A DNA stretch of 30,215 bases from a virus (taxonomy: Duplodnaviria; Caudoviricetes), in IMG/VR virus record IMGVR_UViG_3300042889_000813, positions 1 through 30,215 of that record. One strand, given 5' to 3'. Shown in pieces: positions 14,280 to 23,032 of this stretch (position 1 is the stretch's first letter; each line of letters starts with the position of its first letter). The position numbers and the translations under genes are program-made. The notes under the pieces were generated by a model, which did no database searches, was not told where the DNA came from, and saw nothing but the letters and a program-made list of their open reading frames with translations.

Positions 14280-15026
14280 TTAATAAGGATAAAATTTACC
14301 TGTACCTGCGTTATATAATTCAGTTACTTCTGTAGCTGTTAGTTCTTTATTCCAAATGTTTAACTCATCTATTTTTGTATTTAATGGCGCGTAATAACCA
14401 TCTTGTACACCATTAGGCATTTTAATTGCTCCTATTGTTGGTGTAGTTGTATTCACTCCACTTGTGTAATACACTGGATTAACCGCATCTGTATTGCTTG
14501 CTACCAATGTGCCATTCAAATATATTCTACTTCTACCACTTGAACGTGTTACAGCAATGTGAAAAAACGTGTTATAGCCCATAGAATAAGCTGTTGAGTA
14601 TGTTAGAATAGGCGCTGTGCTTTTGTCCCCAATTCTAAACTGTATTACATCACCAAACAATGTAACCCAAAAACCACCACCAGCATTTAACCATGATGTT
14701 GCACTCATGTTGTTAAAAACAGGAATAGCATAACCGCTAATATAACCTATTGGAAATAAAGTCCAAGCACTAACTGAAAAATCTGTTGTTAGTGAGTTAA
14801 AAGAAGCAGTTGGCAAATCAATGCGACTATTTACACCATTAAAAGTAAAAGCATTTCCACTCTTGCCTGCACTATATGTCAACCCCCCCTGCGCAGTTCC
14901 GTTTATAGTGCTAAATGAATCGTTTGCATTACTTTCAGCTTTATAAACCGCATATAAATTTGTTAATAATGTTGAAGGTGGCACCCCACCACTGCTACTT
15001 ATTATTCCGTGACTTGCTAATATCAT
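14280..15026 (-). CDS. LamG/concanavalin A-like lectin domain virion protein
   Basis: GKSGNAFTFNG, FSVSAW, FHIAVT, IYLNG, IDELNIWNKELTATEVTELYN. Confidence 0.85.
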   Translation of the reverse strand: MILASHGIISSSGGVPPSTLLTNLYAVYKAESNANDSFSTINGTAQGGLTYSAGKSGNAFTFNGVNSRIDLPTASFNSLTTDFSVSAWTLFPIGYISGYAIPVFNNMSATSWLNAGGGFWVTLFGDVIQFRIGDKSTAPILTYSTAYSMGYNTFFHIAVTRSSGRSRIYLNGTLVASNTDAVNPVYYTSGVNTTTPTIGAIKMPNGVQDGYYAPLNTKIDELNIWNKELTATEVTELYNAGTGKFYPY

Positions 15027-15090
15027 TTAAGTATTGTTTAAGTTTAATTATATTCTCTTCCTTTGGTTTATACTCTTTTTTCTTCTTCAT
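14995..15090 (-). CDS. Basic 31 aa micro-protein
   Basis: MKKKKEYKPKEENIIKLKQYLNDISKSRNNK; ATGA overlap with the adaptor stop. Confidence 0.4.
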   Translation of the reverse strand: MKKKKEYKPKEENIIKLKQYLNDISKSRNNK

Positions 15091-15587
15091 AAATACCAAT
15101 TTGTTAGATAGTTATTATGTTGTGGGTAAACATCGCCGTTTTCGTTTGTTGTATACTCTGGAAACAAACTATTGTTCTTGCAAATATAGTCTAAAAACCT
15201 TTGTGAATATGATTCTGCAATACGTTTTTCTTTTTCAATTAAGTAATCAACTTCCTCTTTTGAAACAATTTCGCTATTCTCAGATTGGTGCTTATAAATC
15301 CCTTTATTTGAAATTGTGTAAGCGCAAAACGGTAAATATTCAACCATAGTAAAATGGATCAACATAGGCTTTAAATAGGACCTTACAAGGGTTATATAGT
15401 TGCCCGAAAGTGCGTTGTTGGTAATATCCGTTTTTATTTTATCCAATAGCTTACTCCCAGTGTATTGTTGTATCCAAATGTTTTGGGCTACAAGTACAAA
15501 TTGAATCACTTTGTCAACGTCTGTGTTTGCGTTTAAAGACGTATATTCTTGTAAGTCTTTTTTCGATATTAATAGTGCTTCTGCCAT
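15087..15587 (-). CDS. Putative head-tail adaptor / head completion protein
   Basis: 166 aa helical protein directly downstream of the portal. Confidence 0.55.
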   Translation of the reverse strand: MAEALLISKKDLQEYTSLNANTDVDKVIQFVLVAQNIWIQQYTGSKLLDKIKTDITNNALSGNYITLVRSYLKPMLIHFTMVEYLPFCAYTISNKGIYKHQSENSEIVSKEEVDYLIEKEKRIAESYSQRFLDYICKNNSLFPEYTTNENGDVYPQHNNYLTNWYL

Positions 15588-15596
15588 GTTTTAAAA

Positions 15597-17300
15597 TTAT
15601 TTAGGTAAAAATCCCTTATTAGGCATATCAATAGGGCGTGTGTAAACTTTTTTATCATTCACGGGTACAATCTCACCAAGTTTTCGAGCAACCGAAGGTC
15701 TAAACTCCTTCATGTATTTTTGTGCAATTGGTGAATTAACATCAGACTTTCTTAAGTAAGTCTCTCTCACCCACTTATGGTGGCAAGCTCCTCCGCCTTT
15801 ATACAACCAAATAGAATAATTATCAGCTCCTTTAGGTCCAAATCCTTTGTTTACTGCCTCAGATTCCATTCTGATTATATCTTCCTTACGATAAACTTTG
15901 TTAGCTTGAGTCATCTTTTTACAGAATAATCTTGAATCATCTGAGGTGTCACCTGTATATCTGTATCTATGTTTAAATAATTTACCGTCTTGTATACTAT
16001 TTGCGTTTGGTCTTGCTGTACCCGTTTTCACAAAGTTTAAAACCTTAGATAGTGTTGTAGGGTTGTTAAGTTTTTCAAGCTCTGCATCCAATTCATCTTC
16101 TAACTCATAATCAACCTCTCTACTATCAACTAACACCCATTCATCTAAATCAATATCCTCACCGTATTTCGCAACGTCTAACTCATCTTGCGCGCTCATT
16201 TTAACCTCTTGTACAGGCTGTGGCTCATCCCCTTGTAAAGGATTCAATGTTTTAAACTTCAGATTTAAAGATACACCATTAAATGATAACACTTTTTTAA
16301 GCATTTCAACTATCATTTGTTGCTTTGGCTTGATAACCATGTTTTCAAATAACAACGCTCCTGTTTTCATTTCATCTGCATTTGAACTAAAGCCACTTGC
16401 TGAAGTCACACCAAACAACAAAGGTGTAGTTACATTGTGACTACGTAGTATCTTAGCAGTAGACTCATCACTCAAATAAGAATAATGGTCCGCAGCGTCT
16501 TGCAATGGTATAGTGTCGACCGTTGTCTTTGTGTTTTCGTTATCATTAAATGATATTACAACTTTCTTACCTTTTGACCCTGTTAGCTTGCCAATTACTT
16601 GCGCTGAAATCTCGTCTTTCTGCTCGTCCGTTGGGGTACCATTGTTAAAGTTTACGATAGTCGTGGGAGCAAAGGAGTTACTTACCTCATTAATAAGGTA
16701 TTCAGCAATTTTTTCCTCTAATAACGCGTAATCAATTCCACCTTGATAATCTACATTTGAAAAGTATTTCATACCCGCAGTGTAAGGTGCTAGGTACAAA
16801 ATCTCTACTTCTTTTTTAGACGTTCCAAACGCATCGAATCTTTTAGGCACGTATTTTTTTGGGTCAGTCCAATTGTCAGAATAGAAATATCCTACAATGT
16901 CCCCATCTTTGTTACATTTCTCAGGCCTTAATAATTGAATAGGGGTATGAAAAGCCCTTGTAATAGCTTTATGTCCTTTATCGTAATGAATCTGTAAGGC
17001 ACACTGTCCTAATGCATACAAATCAAAGATTATACGTCTTAAATCGTCTTCTTTAAGAATAGATAATAGTTGCGCCCATTCGTTTGGTTTCATCGAGCTA
17101 TCCGTAGCTGTTAAGCCTTGACCGTATATTAGTCTACAAATGTTATTAATTACAGCGTTGTTGGTTGCTGAATTACTATAACGGTCAATTAAAAACTGAT
17201 AGTAGTTATTATCTGCTCCATATTCTACCCATTCGTTGCGATTATTTTCTACAATTACGGGAGCAGTATAGGAAGATAGTTGTATAATGTTATTATTCAT
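15597..17300 (-). CDS. Portal protein with C-terminal Cys/His domain
   Basis: WVEYG.DNNYYQFLIDRY..S.TNNA..., KLTGS.G, ILRSH.VT.PLLFG, a Bacteroidota-phage portal pattern. Confidence 0.75.
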   Translation of the reverse strand: MNNNIIQLSSYTAPVIVENNRNEWVEYGADNNYYQFLIDRYSNSATNNAVINNICRLIYGQGLTATDSSMKPNEWAQLLSILKEDDLRRIIFDLYALGQCALQIHYDKGHKAITRAFHTPIQLLRPEKCNKDGDIVGYFYSDNWTDPKKYVPKRFDAFGTSKKEVEILYLAPYTAGMKYFSNVDYQGGIDYALLEEKIAEYLINEVSNSFAPTTIVNFNNGTPTDEQKDEISAQVIGKLTGSKGKKVVISFNDNENTKTTVDTIPLQDAADHYSYLSDESTAKILRSHNVTTPLLFGVTSASGFSSNADEMKTGALLFENMVIKPKQQMIVEMLKKVLSFNGVSLNLKFKTLNPLQGDEPQPVQEVKMSAQDELDVAKYGEDIDLDEWVLVDSREVDYELEDELDAELEKLNNPTTLSKVLNFVKTGTARPNANSIQDGKLFKHRYRYTGDTSDDSRLFCKKMTQANKVYRKEDIIRMESEAVNKGFGPKGADNYSIWLYKGGGACHHKWVRETYLRKSDVNSPIAQKYMKEFRPSVARKLGEIVPVNDKKVYTRPIDMPNKGFLPK

Positions 17301-17610
17301 ATATAATAAATTCGTTTGTTGTTACCGTTTGAGTAAAGTTTGAGCTTGGATTATTAGTGCAAAATATACGACCGTAGAATCTAATGTCGTTGGTTTTGCC
17401 AATTTTACAAACATAGGTATGTCCTTCTATTAATCCAAATGTAGCGGTCGCAGTATGGTAATAATCACCTGTTGCGTAGGTCGTTATATTAATCGTTGCA
17501 GTGACGTTTGTCTGTTCGTCTGTAAGAAATATCTTATCTGAGTTCCCTGAGCCTTCACGTGGCACGAAGTAAACTATTTGAGGGCTTGTGGATGTCGTTA
17601 ATACTATCAT
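17293..17610 (-). CDS. Structural protein upstream of portal (Ig-like?)
   Basis: 105 aa, beta-rich; MIVL...F.PR...YGRIFCT. Confidence 0.7.
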   Translation of the reverse strand: MIVLTTSTSPQIVYFVPREGSGNSDKIFLTDEQTNVTATINITTYATGDYYHTATATFGLIEGHTYVCKIGKTNDIRFYGRIFCTNNPSSNFTQTVTTNEFIIYE

Positions 17611-17617
17611 GTAATAG

Positions 17618-17645
17618 TATAACTAAAAAAGAGTGTTTTTGTTGC
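17618..17645 (-). promoter_or_regulatory. Late (ECF-type) promoter
   Basis: GCAAC-N17-GTTATA, 7 nt before ATG. Confidence 0.75.
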
Positions 17646-17675
17646 AAAAAAAAAGAGGGGTGTTTTAAGCCCCTC
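17646..17675 (-). terminator. Intrinsic terminator after the tail tube genes
   Basis: GAGGGG-CTTAAAACA-CCCCTC + T9. Confidence 0.8.
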
Positions 17676-17681
17676 CGTGTA

Positions 17682-18269
17682 TTAACTTGTTACAATTGTC
17701 GATGCTGCTGACAAAGGTATAGTCGAAGCCTGTCCAACTCTAAATGAATTAGTGCCATTTATTACAAATGGTGAAGGTAGTAGCTCCTCGGCTTGGAAGG
17801 TCAAGGAATATCCATTAAACCCACCTAAATCCCCACCATTGTTTATACTTCCTGCCGTTAAATCACAACCTCTGTACATACCAACTAAGAAAAATTGTCC
17901 TTCGTTGTTTTCAACTAAAATTCTTGGCTTTGCGTATGCTAATGTCTTAACCGCGTTATGCGTAGCAATGTCCTGTTTTTTTAGTTTTATAGTCAATGTT
18001 TGACGAAAGAATGTAGTACCATTTTCACGTGAACTTACTATCTCTTGGTCGTAAACATTCTCGTTAGATTTTAGCTCATATTTGTAAATTGAATTAACAA
18101 AATTTACATAATAAACTTCATCCGTGTTTACAAAAGGGGGGGTGCCTGAAGGGTCGTAAAACACAATATTTCCTGATTGTAAATCTTGATTTATAAAGTA
18201 TACGTTTTTAAGCCCTCCAAGGCTATCCTTACAAGGCTCTGAACGTCCAAGTGTGATTAAACAAGGCAT
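17682..18269 (-). CDS. Major tail tube protein, paralog 2
   Basis: Start reassigned to MPCLITLGRSEPCKDSLGG; highly similar to 18272-18814. Confidence 0.7.
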   Translation of the reverse strand: MPCLITLGRSEPCKDSLGGLKNVYFINQDLQSGNIVFYDPSGTPPFVNTDEVYYVNFVNSIYKYELKSNENVYDQEIVSSRENGTTFFRQTLTIKLKKQDIATHNAVKTLAYAKPRILVENNEGQFFLVGMYRGCDLTAGSINNGGDLGGFNGYSLTFQAEELLPSPFVINGTNSFRVGQASTIPLSAASTIVTS

Positions 18270-18271
18270 GA

Positions 18272-18814
18272 CTAAGCAGTTGTTACTGTTGCGCCTGTGA
18301 AACAATCAGAAACGATAGTAGTTGAACTTGTAATGTCTGTGAATGGTGCAGGTAAAGCCTCTTCCGCCGTAAAAGTTAAACTGTATCCGCTAAAATCTGC
18401 AAGGGATCCGCCCGAATTGATACTTCCCGCCGTTAAATCAGCTCCTCTAAACAAGCCCATAACAAAGAATTGACCGTTGTTGTTTTCCACAAGGACGTGA
18501 GGTCTTGAGTAAGCCAATAATTTGATTTCTTTGTGAGTTGTAGCATCTTGTTTTTTCAACTTAATTGTTAACGTTTGACGGAAGAATGTTGTCCCTGCTT
18601 CACGGCTTGATACGATTTCTTGGTCGAATACGTTTTCGTTTGATTTTAACTCATACTTATACAAGTTATCCACATTAATAACCGCTGTAATAAGGTCATT
18701 TGAAAATGTTACATCAGATGGAACTATCTGAAAATTAATGAAGTACACCGCTTTGAGTCCTCCGATTGCTTCTTTGCACGCCTCAGCGCGTCCTATACTT
18801 AAATTACAAGCCAT
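18272..18814 (-). CDS. Major tail tube protein, paralog 1
   Basis: MAC...GR..CK..IGG...SREAGTTFF.QTL...GYSLTF..EE; follows the capsid gene. Confidence 0.72.
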   Translation of the reverse strand: MACNLSIGRAEACKEAIGGLKAVYFINFQIVPSDVTFSNDLITAVINVDNLYKYELKSNENVFDQEIVSSREAGTTFFRQTLTIKLKKQDATTHKEIKLLAYSRPHVLVENNNGQFFVMGLFRGADLTAGSINSGGSLADFSGYSLTFTAEEALPAPFTDITSSTTIVSDCFTGATVTTA

Positions 18815-18827
18815 AAATTTAAAGTTT

Positions 18828-18858
18828 AAAAAAAAAGGAGGGAATATACCCTCCCTTT
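18828..18858 (-). terminator. Intrinsic terminator after major capsid gene
   Basis: GGAGGG-TATATT-CCCTCC + T9. Confidence 0.85.
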
Positions 18859-18880
18859 AATTGGTTAATTGATTAGTTAA

Positions 18881-19840
18881 TTAGTTAGCTGAGTTAGGAA
18901 TGTTATAAGTTACGATGTCTGATACAGAATGGTAATTAACAGCCATACCCGCACGTAATACAAATCTTACATTTTGTGAACCGTCCAATGGGGACATGTC
19001 TAAAAGCGCGATTTCATTTGTGTCATTTAATAAACCGCAACCAAAAAATAAGTTAGAAGTTTCAGCAGCGATAGCAGTGTTAGCAGCCAATCCGTTAGCA
19101 ACGAAAATTGGAATACCATCGAAAGTTAAAGCACCACCATTGTACCATTGTGTCCCCTTAGCATCTGTACCAGAGTTAGAAGTAGCAGCTACTGAGAAAC
19201 CACCCAACGCTCTAATGTAAGCCTTCATAACACCTTGAGGTACGTAGATTTTTAAGTCTGGTGAACCGTATAAGGTGTTTGGAATTGCATCAACAATCTT
19301 ACCTAACTCAGCGATTACCGTAGCAGAAGCAGAAATAGCAGAAGAACCTGCAACCTCATTCGCAGTTGGTAAAGCAGCATCCGCAGCCAATAATGTAGCG
19401 ATACCGTCAATTTGACCCGCTGTTGCGTTAGCACCTCTCCAAATAGACACCTCAACAGATGAAGCAACCTTATCAGTGATGTAAGCTAACAAGTAATCAA
19501 CAAATGATTTTGCCAAAACTTTGTTTGCACTGAATCCCATTTCTTCAGCTTGCCATGTTGCCAAAAAGTCTTTTTTACACAATTGTAAGTTAACTTGAAA
19601 TTGCTCTAAAGTCAAACTTCTTTCAGAAAGTGTAACGGTAGATGTAGCATCAAAATCACACGTAGCATTCTTTAAAATGTCGTCCGTTCCGATTTTAAAC
19701 ATTGTCGTTTTGTAAGCAATGTTTGGTATGATAGTCATACCTCCATTTGCCAAAGTGTTACCGCTTAATAAAGCAGCTTTTACCCATAGTTTGGAATCTT
19801 GCCCAGCATATGAAGTTGAAATGTTAATTGTTGTAGCCAT
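18881..19840 (-). CDS. Major capsid protein
   Basis: 319 aa after the scaffold; strongly biased codons; own terminator; Y.G...AALLS...CDF...QVNLQLCKKDF...DGSQNVR pattern. Confidence 0.85.
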   Translation of the reverse strand: MATTINISTSYAGQDSKLWVKAALLSGNTLANGGMTIIPNIAYKTTMFKIGTDDILKNATCDFDATSTVTLSERSLTLEQFQVNLQLCKKDFLATWQAEEMGFSANKVLAKSFVDYLLAYITDKVASSVEVSIWRGANATAGQIDGIATLLAADAALPTANEVAGSSAISASATVIAELGKIVDAIPNTLYGSPDLKIYVPQGVMKAYIRALGGFSVAATSNSGTDAKGTQWYNGGALTFDGIPIFVANGLAANTAIAAETSNLFFGCGLLNDTNEIALLDMSPLDGSQNVRFVLRAGMAVNYHSVSDIVTYNIPNSAN

Positions 19841-19852
19841 TTTTTTATTTGT

Positions 19853-20404
19853 TTATTTGTTGTTGTATACTTCTTCTAAAATCTTATCTCTTGTTGATTT
19901 ACCTGTATTTATCGCTAAATCCATATGCTCAATTGGTTTTGCGTTTTCAGGGTTATACTGAATTGGTTTTGGCTCTTCAGTCAACTCGATTACTTCGGGA
20001 GTCATTGCAGCTAACTTAGTTTCAAGTTCAGCAATCTTTGATTCCATTTCTGCAAAGTGTTGCTCAGTGATGCTTACAACTTTTTTAGGTTGCTTAACTT
20101 CAACTTCTGGAGTCACATCTGCTTCAACAGGCATCTCTTCCTCTTCTTTTGGCATTTCTTCAATTGAAGCAATCATTCCTTTTTCTTCAACGATAAGTAA
20201 ACGACCATCTTCAAGTTCGTACTTACCAACTTCCAATGGTACAGGTTCACCTTCAGGAACTACAATCATAACACTAGCACCCGGCTCGAATGAATCGGCC
20301 TCGATTGTCGTGTTACCATCTGCCAATGTTTGTTCTTCTAACTTCACCTCCATTCCTAAGAAGGTCTTGATAGTTTTTAACGCGTCTTTTATTTCTTTAG
20401 TCAT
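19853..20404 (-). CDS. Capsid scaffolding protein
   Basis: Acidic; GKYELEDGRLLIVEE.G.I; coiled coil; directly upstream of the MCP. Confidence 0.7.
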   Translation of the reverse strand: MTKEIKDALKTIKTFLGMEVKLEEQTLADGNTTIEADSFEPGASVMIVVPEGEPVPLEVGKYELEDGRLLIVEEKGMIASIEEMPKEEEEMPVEADVTPEVEVKQPKKVVSITEQHFAEMESKIAELETKLAAMTPEVIELTEEPKPIQYNPENAKPIEHMDLAINTGKSTRDKILEEVYNNK

Positions 20405-20406
20405 AT

Positions 20407-20778
20407 TTATATTTGTTTTAATTCAGTTTCTAATTGGTTAATTAATTTATTTCCGTAAATAATTCTATCTGAGTACATTTTAGGCTGTGGTATTTTTGTT
20501 AAATCAATACCCAATGCTTTAACTTGTGCTTCAAAACTTATTTTTTCCTCTGACAATCCTTTAACAAATCTTGATATTTCAGAAATAGATTTGGTTACAG
20601 ATTGCTTTGCTTTTTGTTTGGTTGATTTAAGAGTTTCTAAAGCATCAATAGCAGGTTTGTTTATAGCACTCATTTTTTCAACAGCTCCCGTTAAGTCATT
20701 ACCAATTGCTAACTCAACGGAAATCTCAGATAATTCAACTTGATAAATATCGCTTAGTATTTTATCTCTTGCTTTCAT
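20407..20778 (-). CDS. Helical late protein (possible internal head protein)
   Basis: 123 aa, N-terminal VELS..VELA; first gene of the scaffold-capsid transcript. Confidence 0.65.
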   Translation of the reverse strand: MKARDKILSDIYQVELSEISVELAIGNDLTGAVEKMSAINKPAIDALETLKSTKQKAKQSVTKSISEISRFVKGLSEEKISFEAQVKALGIDLTKIPQPKMYSDRIIYGNKLINQLETELKQI

Positions 20779-20783
20779 AACTA

Positions 20784-20811
20784 TATAACTTTATTAACCT
20801 CTTTCTGTTGT
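20784..20811 (-). promoter_or_regulatory. Late (ECF-type) promoter
   Basis: ACAAC-N17-GTTATA, 5 nt before ATG. Confidence 0.75.
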
Positions 20812-20955
20812 AATTTGCCTTACTTCAATGGTGTGGTTTACATTACTAATTGTTTGTTGGTTGGTACTTCCAACCCCTTGAGAGTTACCATCGCAACACT
20901 CTTTACTGTACGTGCCATCTTTACATTGACAGCCTTTTTTTCCTCCTTTTCTCAT
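20794..20955 (-). CDS. Cys-rich 53 aa protein
   Basis: MRKGGKKGCQCKDGTYSKECCDGNSQGVGSTNQQTISNVNHTIEVRQITTERG; ATGA overlap. Confidence 0.7.
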   Translation of the reverse strand: MRKGGKKGCQCKDGTYSKECCDGNSQGVGSTNQQTISNVNHTIEVRQITTERG

Positions 20956-21566
20956 AACATTAATATATTACCTATTTCGTTTGTAAACTCTTTAAACTCC
21001 TTAAAATCAATTTCTGTACACTTATTTTCTTTTACAAAGTCTAAACCAATGTAAGCAACAAAATTTCCTTTTTTAAAATATGGTGCTATACATATCGAGT
21101 GAATCCCTTGCCTTAATAACGATGCTTTTGTAGTCTGCTCTTTAATGCTATTCACGTCGCAATAATTCATTCTTTCTAACATTATCTGTTGTAAGAACAT
21201 CGGGTACAAGCTAACGGGAATATTCTGTAAATTATGTGCTTCCGAGCTAATACCATTATTACACACTTCAAAAGTCATTGATTGATGGTTACGGTGTGTT
21301 CCATCGTAGTACTTAATTGTGTTGTGAAATTGAAATATATAAGCCCTATCAGCATTATATTTTATCATCAACTCGTTAAGCATCTGTTGAATCAAAACAT
21401 TATTATTAATGTCTTTTTTCACCTCGTCAACACTTTCAATTTTTTTAACTACTACTTGAGTAACCAATGATTTGTAATAAAAAAGAATGAAGGCAAGCAG
21501 AATTATGAGTAGCACTATTGTTTTCGTCTTTCTGATTTGCTCTAAAATGTACTTGATTTCATTCAT
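20952..21566 (-). CDS. Single-TM protein with GAF-like C-terminal domain (T4 gpT holin-like architecture)
   Basis: TM IVLLIILLAFILFYY; ADRAYIFQFHN...GIHSICIAP...VAYIGLDF. Confidence 0.6.
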   Translation of the reverse strand: MNEIKYILEQIRKTKTIVLLIILLAFILFYYKSLVTQVVVKKIESVDEVKKDINNNVLIQQMLNELMIKYNADRAYIFQFHNTIKYYDGTHRNHQSMTFEVCNNGISSEAHNLQNIPVSLYPMFLQQIMLERMNYCDVNSIKEQTTKASLLRQGIHSICIAPYFKKGNFVAYIGLDFVKENKCTEIDFKEFKEFTNEIGNILML

Positions 21567-21571
21567 AATTA

Positions 21572-21599
21572 TATAACCTTGATTTAAGGTCTTTGTTGT
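21572..21599 (-). promoter_or_regulatory. Late (ECF-type) promoter
   Basis: ACAAC-N17-GTTATA, 5 nt before ATG. Confidence 0.75.
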
Positions 21600-21602
21600 A
21601 AA

Positions 21603-21752
21603 TTAGATGTAATCGTTTATGATAGTTTCTTGTGCTGTTATTTCTGCTGTTACATCAGCATTTAAAACCTCATTTCCTACTTTGATTATATTCAAGTAGC
21701 TACTTTCTACATAAGTGTAAGCTCCCCTTACTTCTTGTATTACCTCTATCAT
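21603..21752 (-). CDS. Hypothetical 49 aa protein
   Basis: MIEVIQEVRGAYTYVESSYLNIIKVGNEVLNADVTAEITAQETIINDYI; ATGA overlap. Confidence 0.55.
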   Translation of the reverse strand: MIEVIQEVRGAYTYVESSYLNIIKVGNEVLNADVTAEITAQETIINDYI

Positions 21753-22777
21753 GACAAACAATTTAAAGTTAATTGTGAAATATCAAAACTACACGCGTTT
21801 GATGTCGCTCCCGAAGTTCTAACCGCTTGCATTGTTATCGGTGTAGTATCGCTTGGTAAATTCGTAGTGATTGACCCCTCAACTGTTACGTTGTTTTCCA
21901 ATGAAGTAACCTTATAATAAACAGTCATTGAATTAAATGGGTTGTACAATTCAAACACAAAGAAATCAGTTGCTGCACTTCCTGTTCTGTTTGCTATAAA
22001 ATTAGAGCCTAAGTCTATCTTTGTAGCTGTTCCTGTTCCGTCGTTATGAAATACTTGTAAATTAGTATCAGAAGCATCCGAGCCAACACCAATAATGTTA
22101 GTCAAACTCTCTACTGTTACCGTAGAAGAAATACCAAGCAAAGTCGTTGCAGATGTCATCCCATAGAATTGGCGCGCGCCTGTATTTAAGGCTGTATCTG
22201 AAACACCAAACGCAACACAAAACCTCCAACCCATATCAACAATATTGAATGCACTTGTTGACCTGTAACCACACACACCGTTAGCTGCAGGAGTTGAAAC
22301 ACCAATTTTTAAACGCGTCTTTTTAGTTTGAATGGAAGTTGTTGACACCGCCACCGCTGTTGCTGTCCCTTGTAGTGTTCCTGTTGCAATGTTTTCAGAA
22401 AGTACAGTTGTTGAATTGTGTTGCGCCCTGTAACCACGTGCAATCTCTGAACTTGCTACATTCCAATAGCCAGTGCTTACAAGTTTAGCATCAATTTGAT
22501 TTTCGACTGCTTGAGTTGTTGGGTATTTAGTGTTATTTATAGTAGTGAAATCAGTCGCTTTATTTGCCAACACTTCAAAATCTGCAACGTTATAAATAAT
22601 TTCCGAAATCCCACTTGATGTACGTGTGTATATCTTCCCATTTGCAGTATTCATGTAGAACTCACCAATGTACAAATCAGTGCTTAACCATGTACCATCT
22701 CGATGGTCTGATGTCGCAGGAATAGTTGCAATGCCAGCCCCTTTTTTTATTATAATTCTCTTTGTTATATCGCTCAT
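21749..22777 (-). CDS. Fibre-like virion protein
   Basis: N-term fibre-type module IIIKKG...LYIGEFYMNT.NGKIY; ANK.TD...N.TKYPTT.AV linker; Ser/Thr-rich beta domain. Confidence 0.65.
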   Translation of the reverse strand: MSDITKRIIIKKGAGIATIPATSDHRDGTWLSTDLYIGEFYMNTANGKIYTRTSSGISEIIYNVADFEVLANKATDFTTINNTKYPTTQAVENQIDAKLVSTGYWNVASSEIARGYRAQHNSTTVLSENIATGTLQGTATAVAVSTTSIQTKKTRLKIGVSTPAANGVCGYRSTSAFNIVDMGWRFCVAFGVSDTALNTGARQFYGMTSATTLLGISSTVTVESLTNIIGVGSDASDTNLQVFHNDGTGTATKIDLGSNFIANRTGSAATDFFVFELYNPFNSMTVYYKVTSLENNVTVEGSITTNLPSDTTPITMQAVRTSGATSNACSFDISQLTLNCLS

Positions 22778-23031
22778 TAGTTATATTTATCTGAATTAAT
22801 ACTCGTACCAACACCTCCTATAATCTTATAAACGTCCTCATCTGTACCCGTGCCACCAAATAAAATTCCGTTATCTTCATCACCTAAATAGTCTTTGAAT
22901 TGTAGCATTGCTATTCTGTTCGGTATTTCGCTATCAATAGGTTGTAAAAATAAAGAGTCACTATCTGTTACGGTAGTGACTGCTCTAAATCTTATGAATG
23001 AAGGAGTTATTTTGTTGTTAAACTCAGTCAT
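22777..23031 (-). CDS. Hypothetical virion protein
   Basis: 84 aa with GG.GT repeats. Confidence 0.6.
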   Translation of the reverse strand: MTEFNNKITPSFIRFRAVTTVTDSDSLFLQPIDSEIPNRIAMLQFKDYLGDEDNGILFGGTGTDEDVYKIIGGVGTSINSDKYN

Positions 23032-23032
23032 T

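Noticed and set aside
12126-17379. DGR template/variable repeat pair
   Set aside because: Differences are all synonymous third positions, not consistently at adenines of one copy, and no reverse transcriptase is present in the window.
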